Below are positions 18,378-27,090 of a stretch of DNA of 64,000 bases, piece after piece (positions within the stretch are counted from its first letter, which is position 1; each line of letters begins with the position of its first letter). Source of the stretch: Clostridia bacterium (GTDB lineage: Bacteria; Bacillota; Clostridia; Christensenellales; CAG-138); contig JAVVXB010000007.1 of assembly GCA_036651815.1 (NCBI GenBank), forward strand, positions 14,192 to 78,191. The letters are read 5' to 3'. Under the pieces are notes generated by a model that was not told the DNA's origin, made no database searches, and saw only the letters and a program-made list of their open reading frames with translations. A program made the position numbers and the translations under genes.

Positions 18378-19304
18378 ATGGAGTCACTGCATAGAATTGA
18401 ACCAGTTTTGCCAAACGGAAAAATCGGACGTACGCTGCATCTGGTGGGACTCGGAGATGTGGGTGGCACGTTGCTGACCGGACTCATGCTGACGTGTCCA
18501 ATGCTTGAAACCATTGGAATCTACGATTTTGACGCACGCCGCTGCGCACGCTACGAGCAGGAGATGAACCAGATTTTGCCTATGGACGGCAGGAAACCTC
18601 ATGTGACTGTGCTGCAATTGGAAGAACTGTTTGATGGCTGTGATCTGTTTGTGTTTGCGGCATCGGCAGGGACGCCGCCGGTGGGGACGGGGGTGGCGGA
18701 TGTGCGGATGATCCAGTATGAAAAGAATCTGGGCATCCTGCGACCTTATGTAGAGATGGCAGTTCGGAAGGGCTACGCGGGGTTGTTTTTGCAGATGTCC
18801 GATCCGGTGGATCAGCTCTGCATGCAAGTAATGAACGTGGGGCTGAAGCCGGAGCAAATTGTCGGTTGTGGATTGGGGGTGATGCTTGCCCGCGCAGATT
18901 ACTGCGCACGAAAGCGTGGCAATACAAACTTTCTGGTGAATGGGCGCGTATTTGGTCCCCATGGAAACGGTCTTATTGTGGCAAATGACCCCAAGGATGG
19001 ATATGACGACGAATATTCCCGCGCACTTACACAGGCAGTGCTACAGGCAAACCTGGCCGTGCGGGAAACTGGCTATAAGCCGTACATCGCGCCTGGACTG
19101 TCCTCCGGCTGCCTCAGCATTCGCAGCCTGCTGTCCGGCACCTGGTTCCATGGCTCGTTCTTCGATTCGGGCGGGATTTTCTGGGGATGTCGGGCAAGGC
19201 TCACAGAATGCGGCGTGGAACGAGAGACAATACGGCTGCATCCACTGCTGCATGCACGCATCGAAGAAACCAGAAAGGGGCTGTTACAATGCCGGAACGA
19301 TTGA
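18378..19304 (+). CDS. LDH/MDH-family (2-hydroxyacid) dehydrogenase-like Rossmann protein
   Basis: GLGDVGG dinucleotide loop; D at the end of beta-2 (IYDFD); FAASAGTPP...VRM; SDPVD; GPHGNG in the position of the catalytic-His loop. ATG lies 1 nt after the upstream TGA, with the RBS inside the upstream gene. Confidence 0.7.
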   Translation: MESLHRIEPVLPNGKIGRTLHLVGLGDVGGTLLTGLMLTCPMLETIGIYDFDARRCARYEQEMNQILPMDGRKPHVTVLQLEELFDGCDLFVFAASAGTPPVGTGVADVRMIQYEKNLGILRPYVEMAVRKGYAGLFLQMSDPVDQLCMQVMNVGLKPEQIVGCGLGVMLARADYCARKRGNTNFLVNGRVFGPHGNGLIVANDPKDGYDDEYSRALTQAVLQANLAVRETGYKPYIAPGLSSGCLSIRSLLSGTWFHGSFFDSGGIFWGCRARLTECGVERETIRLHPLLHARIEETRKGLLQCRND

Positions 19305-20383
19305 CGATTCTTACCCTTGGGAAGCACACACGGCTCGGGGATATCCTTGCCTATGCGCTGGATGGTGTGGATTTTAATGCGGTAACTGCGGAGGAGATGA
19401 AATCGACAGACCTCAGGGGCAGGCGCATTCTATTTGCGCTCTCGCTGGACGAGAGCGGCTTGGCGGACGATTTCATGTGCTGCATCCGCTATCTGCGCAC
19501 CCATTTTCAGGCGCTGGATGGCGCTACGGGAGCGATACTGGTGGACAGTGCCACGGAGCTGTATACAAAAGAAATTGCCCGGACGTTGGTATTTGACGCA
19601 AACTGCTCCGGCTGCCGCTTCCCGGGGCGGGGCATGGTTGAGGCGACCAAATCGTTAAAAAATTTTGATGTTCTCTGTGGTGTTTATGGCGTGGATCGTT
19701 ACACAGCCTATCAACGTGCTGTGCGTTTACTCATCGAGCGGTTGTGTTCCGATGTGCCGGCTCAGTTTGAACGGCCCAAAGTATTATGGTTACACGCGTC
19801 CGACAAAGCACGTTCCAACGCCTTTGCACTGGGCAGTCAAGTGACGGAACGGTTAGCTGACTGCTGCGAAATTAATGAGATTTCCATGCAGGCAAGTCCG
19901 ATCAATGACTGCAATGGATGCTCGTATAAAACCTGCCAGCATTATGCCGAACAGGAGACGTGCTTTTATGGCGGGATATTGCCGGAAGCGGTTTTTCCGG
20001 CCATTATGGCATGTGACGCGCTGTTGCTTTGTTGCTCCAATTACAACGATGCGCCCGGCGCACATTTTTTGGCGCTCAACAATCGCCTCAATGCCCTGCT
20101 GCTGCGTGGGAAACCGTTCAATAAGGCGCTGTTTGCCATCGTGGTATCCGGCTATAGCGGCGGCGATTTGGTGGCGAAGCAGCTGATGGGCGGCTTCTGC
20201 TTGAATAAACCTTGCTGCCTGCCACCGCGCTTTGCGCTGCTGGAAACAGCCAATGATCCGGGGACCGTTTTACAGGAGATGGGTGTATTTGACAGGATTG
20301 CGGCCTATGCCGACCAAATTCAGCAAGAACTGTGCATCCGAGAAACAGCGCGGGTGCCATGCGCAGAAGCAACGCCAGAATGA
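19289..20383 (+). CDS. Two-module flavodoxin-fold protein; C-terminal half resembles NADPH-dependent FMN reductase / iron-sulfur flavoprotein
   Basis: The second half has KVLWLHASDKARSN..., a Cys cluster CNGCSYKTCQHYAEQETC, and ACDALLLCCSNYNDAPGAHFLALNNRL, typical of the FMN_red/Isf family. ATG 19289 overlaps the upstream gene by 16 nt. Confidence 0.65.
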   Translation: MPERLTILTLGKHTRLGDILAYALDGVDFNAVTAEEMKSTDLRGRRILFALSLDESGLADDFMCCIRYLRTHFQALDGATGAILVDSATELYTKEIARTLVFDANCSGCRFPGRGMVEATKSLKNFDVLCGVYGVDRYTAYQRAVRLLIERLCSDVPAQFERPKVLWLHASDKARSNAFALGSQVTERLADCCEINEISMQASPINDCNGCSYKTCQHYAEQETCFYGGILPEAVFPAIMACDALLLCCSNYNDAPGAHFLALNNRLNALLLRGKPFNKALFAIVVSGYSGGDLVAKQLMGGFCLNKPCCLPPRFALLETANDPGTVLQEMGVFDRIAAYADQIQQELCIRETARVPCAEATPE

Positions 20384-20538
20384 TCGTTCCTACCCTTATC
20401 ATGGCGCATTCAGATAATCGATTTTATGACGAGAAAATTTGCTTGATTTCAATATCAATTTTGGGTGTGTTCCTGAATATTCCGAAAAACGTTCTCGATA
20501 TTGTTTATCATTTCGGGGTATATATTCTGCACGCATGA
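20380..20538 (+). CDS. Candidate 52-codon small ORF coupled by ATGA overlap to the flavoprotein gene (speculative)
   Basis: ATG 20380 overlaps TGA 20381-20383. It encodes MIVPTLIMAHSDNRFYDEKICLISISILGVFLNIPKNVLDIVYHFGVYILHA with one hydrophobic span. Composition is AT-rich, unlike the operon. Confidence 0.2.
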   Translation: MIVPTLIMAHSDNRFYDEKICLISISILGVFLNIPKNVLDIVYHFGVYILHA

Positions 20539-20704
20539 TTCAGATTGACCGCCAGTAAACCTGCGAATGCTCATTCTGAATGGATAAAAAATCAACTGAA
20601 ACCGCAGAACTTCCGATATAAAAGCATACCTTGATGCGGACAAAGAATCCAGCGAAACTGCAAAAGCTCTTTATAGAAACAAACCATCATAAAGAAGAAA
20701 ATGC

Positions 20705-20740
20705 CATTGCAAACTTCGCGTTTGACAATGCCTGTTTTTT
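20705..20740. terminator. Intrinsic terminator between the giant-protein operon and the convergent NUDIX gene
   Basis: Stem CATTGCAAAC / GTTTG(A)CAATG with loop TTCGC, then CCTGTTTTTT on the + strand. The minus-strand side is also T-rich. Confidence 0.5.
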
Positions 20741-20819
20741 CGTTGGGTGGGGGGGCAGGCTTCAATATTTTGCGCTTGCGTAACAGACATTTTTTACAGA
20801 AAACAATGGCTTGAATACA

Positions 20820-21401
20820 TTAAGCAAGGCCCAGCTTTCCATTTAGTTTTTGATAGATAACCTGCATGCAGGGTTCCGTACTGCGAGAAACTGCCTCCGA
20901 TGGCGTCATCCATAACACGCCGCTGTTTTCGTCAGGCTTCACTTTGGTTGCTTCTGCATCGTCCGCCTGTAACAAATAGGTGAGATTCAGGTGCAGATGG
21001 GCAGAGACAAACGCGCCCCGCTTGATGTGGCTGTCCACCGGCAAAATTTCCAGAGACAGCGGTTCAGATCGCAGCGGCGTTATCCGGGTAACGCCGGTTT
21101 CCTCCTGCGCTTCCCGCATGGCAACCGCCAAAAGATCAGCTTCTCCATCGGCGTGGCCACCCACCCACGACCATGACTGATAAATGTTATGGTAGATCAT
21201 CAGCACCCGCGTGTGCGTTGCGTTGATGATCCAGGCGGAGCCCGTAAAATGGCAGAGGGCATTCTCCCGGGTTAGTAGATTGTCGAATTGACGAAGGTAG
21301 GTTAGCAGCAACCGACGATCGAATTCTTCCTGCGGGCAGGATGGGATAAACGCATTAATTTGTGCTTGCAGCGGAGCGGCCGTGGGTACGAAGGGGATCA
21401 T
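20820..21401 (-). CDS. NUDIX hydrolase
   Basis: Nudix box GGHADGEADLLAVAMREAQEETGV. ATG 21401 (MIPFVPT) is preceded by GGAGG. Confidence 0.85.
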   Translation of the reverse strand: MIPFVPTAAPLQAQINAFIPSCPQEEFDRRLLLTYLRQFDNLLTRENALCHFTGSAWIINATHTRVLMIYHNIYQSWSWVGGHADGEADLLAVAMREAQEETGVTRITPLRSEPLSLEILPVDSHIKRGAFVSAHLHLNLTYLLQADDAEATKVKPDENSGVLWMTPSEAVSRSTEPCMQVIYQKLNGKLGLA

Positions 21402-21471
21402 GCTGAAACCTCCGTATTTTGAATAAATTGATTGTAGCACAAAGAAGAGATATTGTGTTAAAATAACGCGT

Positions 21472-21852
21472 ATGGGCTTGAAGGAACGGGCACAACAACT
21501 TAAAACGGAGATTCCGGCGGTATTTCTAGCGCTCAGACATCAACGGACGCCCTGGTATGCGAAGGCAGTGGCGTTTATAACGGTTGCATATGCGCTTTCA
21601 CCGGTGGATCTTGTACCGGATTTTATTCCAATATTGGGTTATTTGGATGATGTGCTGCTGCTTCCACTGCTGGTTAAATGGGTTATTCAGCTCATTCCAC
21701 CGGATGTGCTGGCCGAGTGCCGTGCGCAGGCCGCAGGACTTTGGGTGGATGGAAAACCGAAAAAATGGTATTACGCCATTCCAATTGTGCTACTCTGGCT
21801 GCTGATTGTATATTGGATTGTGCGCGCAATTTTCCGCGCGCGGAACGGATAG
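21472..21852 (+). CDS. DUF1232 (YkvA-like) membrane protein
   Basis: Signature YALSPVDLVPDFIPILGYLDDVLLLPL plus a C-terminal TM span. Confidence 0.75.
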   Translation: MGLKERAQQLKTEIPAVFLALRHQRTPWYAKAVAFITVAYALSPVDLVPDFIPILGYLDDVLLLPLLVKWVIQLIPPDVLAECRAQAAGLWVDGKPKKWYYAIPIVLLWLLIVYWIVRAIFRARNG

Positions 21853-21866
21853 AGGAACAAACGAAT

Positions 21867-22736
21867 ATGTCGGAACGAAGCAAGGGAACAATGCAGATGC
21901 TGATCTGTGCGCTGCTGTGGAGCATTGGTGGATTATTCATCAAATTGCTGCCATGGAATCCGGTGGCGATTGCCGGCTCGCGCAGCCTGATAGCGGCAGG
22001 CGTGATTTTTATTTATATTCGTATTCGCCGTTTTCCGCTGGTGATCTCAAAGCGTACGCTGTGGATTGCCATCTGTATTGCAGGCACACATCTATCGTTT
22101 GTGGGTGCAACCAAACTGACCACGGCAGCCAATGCCATCGTGATCCAGTACACTGGGCCGTTGTACCTGCTGATCTATAATGCGGTCTTTCGCAAGCAAA
22201 AAATTCATATTGCCGACTACCTTGTCGTTCTGTTGACGGTTCTTGGCATCGGCGTGTTTTTCTTTGATGACCTGGATGGCGGGACGGCCATCGGCAACGG
22301 TGTTGCAATGATATCCGGCGTGTTTTTTGCGGGTATGTTTATTACCACCGGGGATGTAGGGGAAACGGAGCGTATCAACGGCATTTTTCAAGGGCAGTTG
22401 TTGACCGCGCTCATTGGGATACCGGTGCTCATTGCTACCCGTGCGCCCATCACGGGACAGACGATCCTCTGCGTTCTTGCGTTGGGCGTCTTCCAACTTG
22501 GCATATCTTATGTGCTGTATTCCCTGGCTATGCGGCAGTGCCCGCCGCTGACGTGTTCGCTGCTTGCCGCGTTGGAACCGCTGCTCAATCCTGTCTGGGT
22601 GTTTCTGTTTGCGGGGGAACGGCCGGGATTGCTGTCCCTTGCCGGAGGCGTGATTGTTATTTCATCCATTACGCTTTGGTGCGTGTGGAACGAAAAACGT
22701 GCGCGACGCGTGGAAATGAAAACGGCAGACGGCTAA
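21867..22736 (+). CDS. DMT-superfamily (EamA-like) transporter
   Basis: Ten hydrophobic spans in a 5+5 arrangement, ALLWSIGGLFIK N-terminal EamA block, AGAGGAA RBS. The track ORF from 21678 overlaps the previous gene and is rejected. Confidence 0.75.
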   Translation: MSERSKGTMQMLICALLWSIGGLFIKLLPWNPVAIAGSRSLIAAGVIFIYIRIRRFPLVISKRTLWIAICIAGTHLSFVGATKLTTAANAIVIQYTGPLYLLIYNAVFRKQKIHIADYLVVLLTVLGIGVFFFDDLDGGTAIGNGVAMISGVFFAGMFITTGDVGETERINGIFQGQLLTALIGIPVLIATRAPITGQTILCVLALGVFQLGISYVLYSLAMRQCPPLTCSLLAALEPLLNPVWVFLFAGERPGLLSLAGGVIVISSITLWCVWNEKRARRVEMKTADG

Positions 22737-22909
22737 TTGGAGGGCGTGTTTATGAAAGCAAGTTATGTTTTTTCGATGCATTGAGGCTGTTGTGAGCGGC
22801 GATCAAGAATATGATTTGAGAAAAAATGTCATATTGAATGCGGTTTGATGGATTACAATGGCGTACGCGCTTTTTTAGAAACCGGTCTGACTGCTGATAC
22901 ATACTGTGA

Positions 22910-22938
22910 TTGTACAAATTGGCTGCATCGATTATAAT
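22910..22938 (+). promoter_or_regulatory. Sigma-A-type promoter of the DUF368 gene
   Basis: TTGTAC (22910-22915), 17-nt spacer, TATAAT (22933-22938). The 5' UTR then contains a short hairpin CCGTTTT-TTCG-AAAACGG (22952-22969) before the GGAGG RBS. Confidence 0.55.
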
Positions 22939-22994
22939 GGGTCAGAATCAACCGTTTTTTCGAAAACGGGGGGCATTGAATAACGGAGGAAAGT

Positions 22995-23948
22995 ATGTCG
23001 GAAACGAAAACAGAACAAAACGCCGCTGCAGATGCGGCACATGGGACTGAATCCGGGCAAAGCGACGTTGTGCTGGCACCCATGGCGAAAGATTATGCGC
23101 CAAGAACCATCGGAAGATGGATTGTATTGCTTTTACAAGGGATGACGATAGGCGTGGGTGCCATTTTGCCCGGTATCAGCGGCGGAGTACTCTGCGTTGT
23201 TTTTGGCATCTATCCGCCTATGATGGAGTTGCTGGCGCATCCAATCAAGAGTCTACCTAAGTATTTCAAGTTATTTATACCGATCTTTCTTGGTTGGATG
23301 GTGGGCTTTGTTGCACTTGCGGGTGTGATTGGTAAAATGTTTGCGAATGATGGCACGCAGACCATTGCGACCTGCCTGTTTATCGGGCTGATCATTGGCA
23401 TGTTTCCCTCCCTGTTTCGCGAAGGCGCAAGGGACGGCCGTACGAAGACAACCTGGACGGCGCTGCTGGTCAGCACCGCTGCGCTGCTTACACTTTTTCT
23501 GTTGTTAAAGTCTGGAACGGCCATACATCTGACGCCTTCACTGGGGTGGTTTTTCTTCTGCGGCGTACTGTGGGGCATCAGCCTCATCGTGCCGGGCATG
23601 AGCTCGTCTTCCGTGCTGATTTTTCTGGGACTTTACGGGCCCATGTCCGTAGGGATCGCAAAGCTGGATATGGCCGTGGTCATCCCCTTTATGCTCGGCA
23701 TCATGGCAACGGTGCTGCTGTTGGCACGGGCGGTCAACCGTCTATTTCGGGATCATTATGGGGTGGCGTTTCATTGTATCATTGGGTTTGTGATCGCTTC
23801 TACCATTCCCATTATCCCGCTACATTACAAGAATGTATGGGAATTCATCATCAGTCTCATCTGTGTGGTGATTGGGTTCTTCCTCGCGTTCTATATGGAT
23901 CGATGGAGCAATCAGATCGGTGCAAAAGCGCAGACGGAGCAGATGTAA
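22995..23948 (+). CDS. DUF368-family membrane protein (family recently linked to polyprenyl-phosphate recycling)
   Basis: Duplicated signature ILPGISGGVLCVVFGIY and IVPGMSSSSVLIFLGLY; polytopic. Confidence 0.8.
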   Translation: MSETKTEQNAAADAAHGTESGQSDVVLAPMAKDYAPRTIGRWIVLLLQGMTIGVGAILPGISGGVLCVVFGIYPPMMELLAHPIKSLPKYFKLFIPIFLGWMVGFVALAGVIGKMFANDGTQTIATCLFIGLIIGMFPSLFREGARDGRTKTTWTALLVSTAALLTLFLLLKSGTAIHLTPSLGWFFFCGVLWGISLIVPGMSSSSVLIFLGLYGPMSVGIAKLDMAVVIPFMLGIMATVLLLARAVNRLFRDHYGVAFHCIIGFVIASTIPIIPLHYKNVWEFIISLICVVIGFFLAFYMDRWSNQIGAKAQTEQM

Positions 23949-24024
23949 CCCCATGATGGAGAAACTTATACGCGTTTGTGACCGCGGGATGTAAAAACTA
24001 ACGGGAAGGAACGGAGGACTGCCG

Positions 24025-24909
24025 ATGCTGGATCTGGACGCAACCGTACTGCGGGACTTGACGGTTTGGATTGCGCTGATGGTAGGCTCCGGGATGCTGA
24101 TTGGACTTGCACCATCGCTGATGCGTACGGGCGCCAAGCGAAGCGATCCTTCCGTTGCCGCGGCACTTTTCGGTACGGTGCTGGCGCTGTGCGCCATAGG
24201 CATAGCGGCGCTGTCAGGCGCGTTTTCCCTGCCGCAGAACACGCAGCTGATCTGGTTGATGCTGTCGGGATTTTTTACTGGATTGGTCTGGCTGTGCCTG
24301 TTTACGGCGCTGACGGGCGGACTGACCAGCAAGGTTATTCCGCTGGTTCAGGTTTCCATCGTACCCGTACTGGTGGCTTGCCATTTTCTCATTGGCACAC
24401 CAATGAGTCTGTGGCGGATCAGCGCGTTATTGGTGGTACTGCTCGGAACGGTATTCATTGAGAGCCGGACAAAGGCGCTGCGTGGGCAGCTCTGGTTGAT
24501 ATATGCGGGCATTGCCGCGTTGGCGTATGCGGGACTCGACTTGATACAGCGCACAAGCCTGGCCGGGATGAATCGGCAATTGTTTCATCTGTTTCGCACG
24601 GGGATCGCCTGCATGTGGCTGTGGGCATTCGTTCTGCTTCGGGGCAAACAGAAGTCCTTTGCCGGTATGAAGTGCAAAGCATGGGTAGCCATTCCTTGCT
24701 CGGCGGTGGCGGTGGCGGGCTGTTGGCTGTGCAATTACGGCATTTCACTGCGGGGAGATGGGGGCAGATTTGCGCCGCTCTCCATTCTTGGCTATTTTAT
24801 GATGCTGCTGTTTGCACGCGTCATACAAAAGGAACGGCAGCCGGGCAGTGCCATTTTTGGCGCACTTCTGGTTTTGTTTGGCATGTTTGTTCTGGCAATT
24901 GGTTGGTAG
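24025..24909 (+). CDS. Polytopic membrane protein, probably DMT/EamA-like
   Basis: GGAGG RBS at 24013-24017 and roughly 10 hydrophobic spans. No sharper motif recognised. Confidence 0.5.
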   Translation: MLDLDATVLRDLTVWIALMVGSGMLIGLAPSLMRTGAKRSDPSVAAALFGTVLALCAIGIAALSGAFSLPQNTQLIWLMLSGFFTGLVWLCLFTALTGGLTSKVIPLVQVSIVPVLVACHFLIGTPMSLWRISALLVVLLGTVFIESRTKALRGQLWLIYAGIAALAYAGLDLIQRTSLAGMNRQLFHLFRTGIACMWLWAFVLLRGKQKSFAGMKCKAWVAIPCSAVAVAGCWLCNYGISLRGDGGRFAPLSILGYFMMLLFARVIQKERQPGSAIFGALLVLFGMFVLAIGW

Positions 24910-24928
24910 GAAAGGAAATCAAAGAAGA

Positions 24929-25579
24929 ATGATACAACTGGCAATATTTGATCTCGACGGAACGCTCGTCAACACCATTGGCGATCTTGCGTACGCGCTC
25001 AACCACGCACTGGAAACGTGCGGGTTACCCACGTTGACGCAAACGGAGGTTGAGGCAATTGTTGGCTACAGCACGATCTATATGTTTCAACATGCCGTTG
25101 CTGAGGAACACAAGGATGATTGGCAGGCGGTGGGCGAGGCTTACAATGCCTATTATCCCAAACACTGCTGCGATCATGCCCGTCCCTATGACGGGATTTT
25201 ACATGTTCTCAACCGGCTTAAGGCAGCGGGAATCAAGCTTGCGGTGGTATCCAATAAACCGCACCGGGATACGCTGACGGTGGTCGAAACACTGTTTCCC
25301 AAGGATCTGTTTTCCATGGTGCTTGGCCGTATGGAAAAATTCGCAACCAAGCCGGATCCGGAGCCGCTCCATTTTGTGTTGGACTACTTTGGCTGCAAAC
25401 CGGAGGACGCCGTCTATATTGGTGATTCCGAGGTGGATGTTCGATTTGCGAAGAATGCCAATATGCCCTGCATTTCTGTCTTGTGGGGATATCGAACCCA
25501 AGCTGTGCTTGTGGAAGCGGGCGCAACAAAAATGGTTGACGAGGTGGACGACATTTGCAAATTGCTGCTGGATACATGA
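24929..25579 (+). CDS. HAD-IA hydrolase, phosphoglycolate-phosphatase-like
   Basis: MIQLAIFDLDGTLVNT motif I, VVSNK motif II, IGDSEVDVRFAKNANM motif III/IV. Confidence 0.85.
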   Translation: MIQLAIFDLDGTLVNTIGDLAYALNHALETCGLPTLTQTEVEAIVGYSTIYMFQHAVAEEHKDDWQAVGEAYNAYYPKHCCDHARPYDGILHVLNRLKAAGIKLAVVSNKPHRDTLTVVETLFPKDLFSMVLGRMEKFATKPDPEPLHFVLDYFGCKPEDAVYIGDSEVDVRFAKNANMPCISVLWGYRTQAVLVEAGATKMVDEVDDICKLLLDT

Positions 25580-26157
25580 AGCGCAACGTTTACGATTTTG
25601 ACGGAACCATCTATGATGGCGATTCCACCGCGCATTTTTACAGGTACTGCGCTGCACGGCAGCCGCGTATGCTGCTGGATCTGCCGGCGGTTGGGGTTGC
25701 CTTTCTGGGGATGTCGCTGGGGCTTGTGGAAAAGACACGAGCCAAGCAGCGGCTTTATCGGTTTTTGACTTTTCTGCCGGACGTGAATGCCTATGTGGCT
25801 GATTTTTGGGCAACGCATCGGCAACGCATCAAACCTTGGTATCTTGCGCAGAAATGCAGGGACGATTTGATCATCTCGGCCTCTCCGGATTTTTTACTTG
25901 CACCTATCTGTGCGGAACTTGGCGTTGCATTGTTGGCTTCTCGCGTTGACCCGCACACGGGCGAGACCGAGGGACTCAATTGCCACGATGTGGAAAAGGT
26001 ACGCCGCATGCGGGAAAGAGATCCGGACAGTGAAGTCGCACAGTTTTATTCCGATTCTCTGTCTGATTTGCCATTGGCAGAGTTGGCGCAGGAAGCCTTC
26101 TTGGTGAAGGGAAACGAGTTTTTTGATTTCACGCGGGATAAAAGAAGGAAAAAGTAG
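25576..26157 (+). CDS. HAD-IB family hydrolase
   Basis: ATGA overlap with the upstream gene; VYDFDGTIYDGDS motif I; ISASPDFLL; YSDSLSDLPL. Confidence 0.75.
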   Translation: MKRNVYDFDGTIYDGDSTAHFYRYCAARQPRMLLDLPAVGVAFLGMSLGLVEKTRAKQRLYRFLTFLPDVNAYVADFWATHRQRIKPWYLAQKCRDDLIISASPDFLLAPICAELGVALLASRVDPHTGETEGLNCHDVEKVRRMRERDPDSEVAQFYSDSLSDLPLAELAQEAFLVKGNEFFDFTRDKRRKK

Positions 26158-26178
26158 CGAAATTCAAAGCGAACATTC

Positions 26179-26218
26179 AAAAAACCGGTTCAGGCGCGTT
26201 ACGCCCGGGCCGGTTTTA
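26179..26218. terminator. Bidirectional intrinsic terminator (HAD genes on +, liv operon on -)
   Basis: AAAACCGG...CCGGTTTT outer stem with an inner GGCG/CGCC stem; A/T runs on both sides. Confidence 0.7.
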
Positions 26219-26295
26219 TAATGCAGACGAAATTGTGGGTGCCGGAATCTTGCGTCGATTCCCAAAATGGAGCCGAAAATTGGCGGACGCATTGA

Positions 26296-26394
26296 TGAAG
26301 GCCAAACGGACTAGCGATCATCCTAACGCTAGCATCGTCATTTTCCCAAACACTGAACCGCACTGGTGAAGGGCAAGCGGACTAGCGATCATCC
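26296..26394. repeat. Imperfect direct duplication of the livF 3' end and flank
   Basis: Two 28-nt copies, TGAAGGCCAAACGGACTAGCGATCATCC (26296-26323) and TGAAGGGCAAGCGGACTAGCGATCATCC (26367-26394), match at 26/28 with a 71-nt period. The second copy contains the livF stop codon. Confidence 0.8.
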
Positions 26395-27090
26395 ACCTAA
26401 ATAGGCTTTTTGCACGGAGTCGTTGTGCAACAGCGCTTCTGCGGGAGCGGATAGCACGATCTTACCGGTTTCCAGTACATAGCCGCGGTGTGCAATGGAC
26501 AGTGCCATCAGCGCGTTTTGTTCCACAAGCAGAATCGTTGTGCCAGCTTTGTTCAGCTCCTTGATGATATCAAAGATCTGCTCAACCAGCAACGGCGCAA
26601 GGCCCATGGAAGGCTCGTCGAGCATCATGAGCCTTGGACTGGACATGAGCGCACGGCCCATGGCTAGCATCTGCTGTTCACCGCCGGAAAGCGTCCCCGC
26701 AATCTGGCGGCGGCGTTCCTTGAGTCGCGGGAAACGATCGTAGACGTTGGGTAGCGAATCGCCCACGCTGGAGAGCGGCTGTGTAAACGCGCCCATCTCA
26801 AGATTTTCCTCCACGGTCATCTGACTGAATACGCGGCGTCCTTCCGGTACGTGCGCAATGCCAGCGGAGACAATCTTGTGGGGTGCCATGGTTTTGATGC
26901 TGTGTTCGTTAAAGGTCACATCGCCTGTTTTTGTACGAAGCAGTCCAGAAATCGTCTTGAGAATGGTACTTTTGCCCGCGCCGTTTGCGCCGATTAGCGT
27001 CACGATTTCTCCGGTTTCCACCGAAAAACTGATATCCCGAATGGCCAGAATATTGCCATAGGATACATTGATATTATCAACCTTCAGCAT
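26389..27090 (-). CDS. livF: Branched-chain amino acid ABC transporter ATP-binding protein LivF
   Basis: MLKVDNINVSYGNI start, Walker A GANGAGKST, LSGGEQQMLAMGRAL, MLDEPS, C-terminal YLGG. Operon context with livGMH. Confidence 0.9.
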   Translation of the reverse strand: MLKVDNINVSYGNILAIRDISFSVETGEIVTLIGANGAGKSTILKTISGLLRTKTGDVTFNEHSIKTMAPHKIVSAGIAHVPEGRRVFSQMTVEENLEMGAFTQPLSSVGDSLPNVYDRFPRLKERRRQIAGTLSGGEQQMLAMGRALMSSPRLMMLDEPSMGLAPLLVEQIFDIIKELNKAGTTILLVEQNALMALSIAHRGYVLETGKIVLSAPAEALLHNDSVQKAYLGG

